From: Octopus bimaculoides
Lineage: Eukaryota
DNA length: 51,298 nt
Direction of reading: 5' to 3'
Assembly: GCF_001194135.2 (NCBI RefSeq)
Contig: NC_068989.1
Location: 55,927,817 to 55,979,114 of the forward strand
This document shows positions 49,255 to 51,298 of this stretch, piece after piece (positions within the stretch are counted from its first letter, which is position 1; each line of letters starts with the position of its first letter). The notes under the pieces were generated by a model that saw nothing but the letters and a program-made list of their open reading frames with translations, had not been told where the DNA came from and searched no databases. The translations under genes and the position numbers were made by a program.

Positions 49255-49470
49255 TAATAATCCTTTCTACTGGAAGCACAAGGCCTTTGGTGGAAGAGAT
49301 TAAGTTAATTTCAATGACCCCAGTGCGTAACTGGTACTTATTTAATCAATCCAGAAAGGATGGAAGGCCAAGTCGACCTCGGAAGAATTTGAACTCAGAA
49401 CGTAACAGCAGACGAAATACTGCTAAGCATGTCATCCAGCATGCTAACAACTCAGCCAGCTCACCTCCTT
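49255..49470 (-). mobile_element. Uninterrupted SINE S1 copy
   Basis: Continuous ...gaactcagaacgtaacagcagacgaaatactgctaagcat...gccagctcacc; serves as the empty-site reference for 212-432. Confidence 0.85.
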
Positions 49471-49722
49471 AAGGGACAAGCATAATAATAATAATGATAA
49501 TAAAAAAAAAAGCAGTCCCTGGAGTCAAGTGTCCATTATGGTCCTCCTTACAGTAAGTTGCTGTTTGAGCAATTTATAAAAAGATTTCAACAGTGTTAAT
49601 GTGTTTTTAATTATTCAATTCTGAATCCTACTTAACATTTTCGTCAGCCATATATAGCAAGGTATGCTTTACATACATCTTGCATTATAAAGCTGCACAT
49701 ATTCAAGAATTTATATGTATGT

Positions 49723-49761
<39 letters not shown>

Positions 49762-50641
49762 NNNNNNNNNNGAAAACAACTGGTTTTGAACGAATATACA
49801 TTTATTTATTGAGAGAAGGTTCATTTGCTTAATTATGTGGGATGCAGTGTACATGTATGTATATATTTGTATGTTTGAATGTGTGCATACATGTACATAT
49901 GGGTGACAGTATGTGTATGTGTCTATGTGTAAGTAGCAATATGTGTACACATGTGTATGTGAGTGTGTTTGTCTGTGTGTATGTGTGCATGTTCTGTTTG
50001 TAGAAAAGACAGTAATGTCTCATGTTACTACTGTTTTAGTCCCAGAACAGTCTTTGAATCAGAGAGGGGCAAGCATAATAATCCTTTCTACTGGAAGCAC
50101 AAGGCCTTNNNNNNNNNNNNNNNNNNNNNNNNNNNNNNNNNNNNNNNNNNNNNNNNNNNNNNNNNNNNNNNNNNNNNNNNNNNNNNNNNNNNNNNNNNNN
50201 NNNNNNNNNNNNNNNNNNNNNNNNNNNNNNNNNNNNNNNNNNNNNNNNNNNNNNNNNNNNNNNNNNNNNNNNNNNNNNNNNNNNNNNNNNNNNNNNNNNN
50301 NNNNNNNNNNNNNNNNNNNNNNNNNNNNNNNNNNNNNNNNNNNNNNNNNNNNNNNNNNNNNNNNNNNNNNNNNNNNNNNNNNNNNNNNNNNNNNNNNNNN
50401 NNNNNNNNNNNNNNNNNNNNNNNNNNNNNNNNNNNNNNNNNNNNNNNNNNNNNNNNNNNNNNNNNNNNNNNNNNNNNNNNNNNNNNNNNNNNNNNNNNNN
50501 NNNNNNNNNNNNNNNNNNNNNNNNNNNNNNNNNNNNNNNNNNNNNNNNNNNNNNNNNNNNNNNNNNNNNNNNNNNNNNNNNNNNNNNNNNNNNNNNNNNN
50601 NNNNNNNNNNNNNNNNNNNNNNNNNNNNNNNNNNNNNNNNN

Positions 50642-51250
50642 ACCACCACCACCACCACCACCACCACCACCACCACCACCACCATTGCTGCTGATACCAC
50701 CACCATCAGCCTCACAGATGCTTAGCTCATGCATGTATAAAGCTACCTAACTGCACATGCATGCATAATGATTACATTGATAGGTGAAGGCAGGGAATGG
50801 GTAGCTGATAAGATTGAGTGAGTAGATATTCATTTAGAGAGTGGTGGACGAGTGGCAGTAGGAGCTACAGTGCTGTGTAGATGGAGGGCAGACATAACAG
50901 ATGAGTTTTTCTCCATGGATGAGGTGGGACCGAGAGCCAGAAGATTGTTGGGTGCACGATTGGATGGTAGATGGTTGGATGATTGGATGTTTGGTTGACT
51001 GAATGGATGGTTAGATTCTTTTTTTTAGTTGGATGGATGGATGGATGGATGGATGAATGGATGGTTGGGTGGATGGATGGAAAAGGTTTGGATGAACGAC
51101 TGGACTGATGGATGTGTGGAGGGTCAGGCAGATGATTTGATCAGTGACTGGATGACCGAATTGATGGCTGGACAATGTGACAGATGGTTGAATGGTTGAC
51201 TGGTTGAATGGTTGAATGGTTCAAATTGTTCAATGGCTCAATGGTTGAAT
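50642..51250. repeat. (ACC)n tract and degenerate (GGAT)n / (GGTTGAAT)n tracts
   Basis: Directly visible at 50642-50705 and about 50960-51250. Confidence 0.85.
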
Positions 51251-51298
51251 AAATGGGTATTTTTTGTTGGATGAATTGGTTTAAGAAAAATTATTTTG

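Noticed and set aside
49034-50108. Duplicated blocks (49034-49108 vs 49773-49847; 49120-49288 vs 49940-50108)
   Set aside because: Near-identical and bounded by small gaps; probably allelic or overlap redundancy in the assembly

Overview
Repeat-dense, gap-rich eukaryotic genomic DNA. It is AT-rich with abundant CA/TA/GAT microsatellites, about 20 N-gaps and several gap-flanking duplicated segments. The repeat families resemble those I associate with octopus (coleoid cephalopod) genomes; this is an inference, not a database result. No complete host gene is visible, and most track ORFs are N-run or microsatellite artefacts. The window is a stack of TE relics: L1/Tx1-type, RTE, R4/Dong-type and CR1-group LINE fragments; a Gypsy integrase fragment; Merlin, maT (DD37D) and TRT-like (DD37E) transposase relics; hAT, piggyBac and mariner MITEs; a Helentron-type HINE; and at least five SINE families. 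There are also a few weak minus-strand exon candidates and a CpG-rich promoter-like patch at about 5.0-5.3 kb. Three observations stand out. (1) Two unrelated ~280 bp palindromes (6789-7070 and 40499-40786) each carry a minimal type I hammerhead-ribozyme-like motif in both arms, of the kind known from Penelope-like elements and retrozymes. (2) An apparently ORF1-only LINE derivative is inserted at the same nucleotide position of a tRNA-derived SINE as an adjacent second LINE-like element, suggesting site-specific targeting. (3) A CR1-group LINE 3' tail matches the tail of the most abundant SINE. Boundaries of degenerate repeats are approximate, to within tens of bp.
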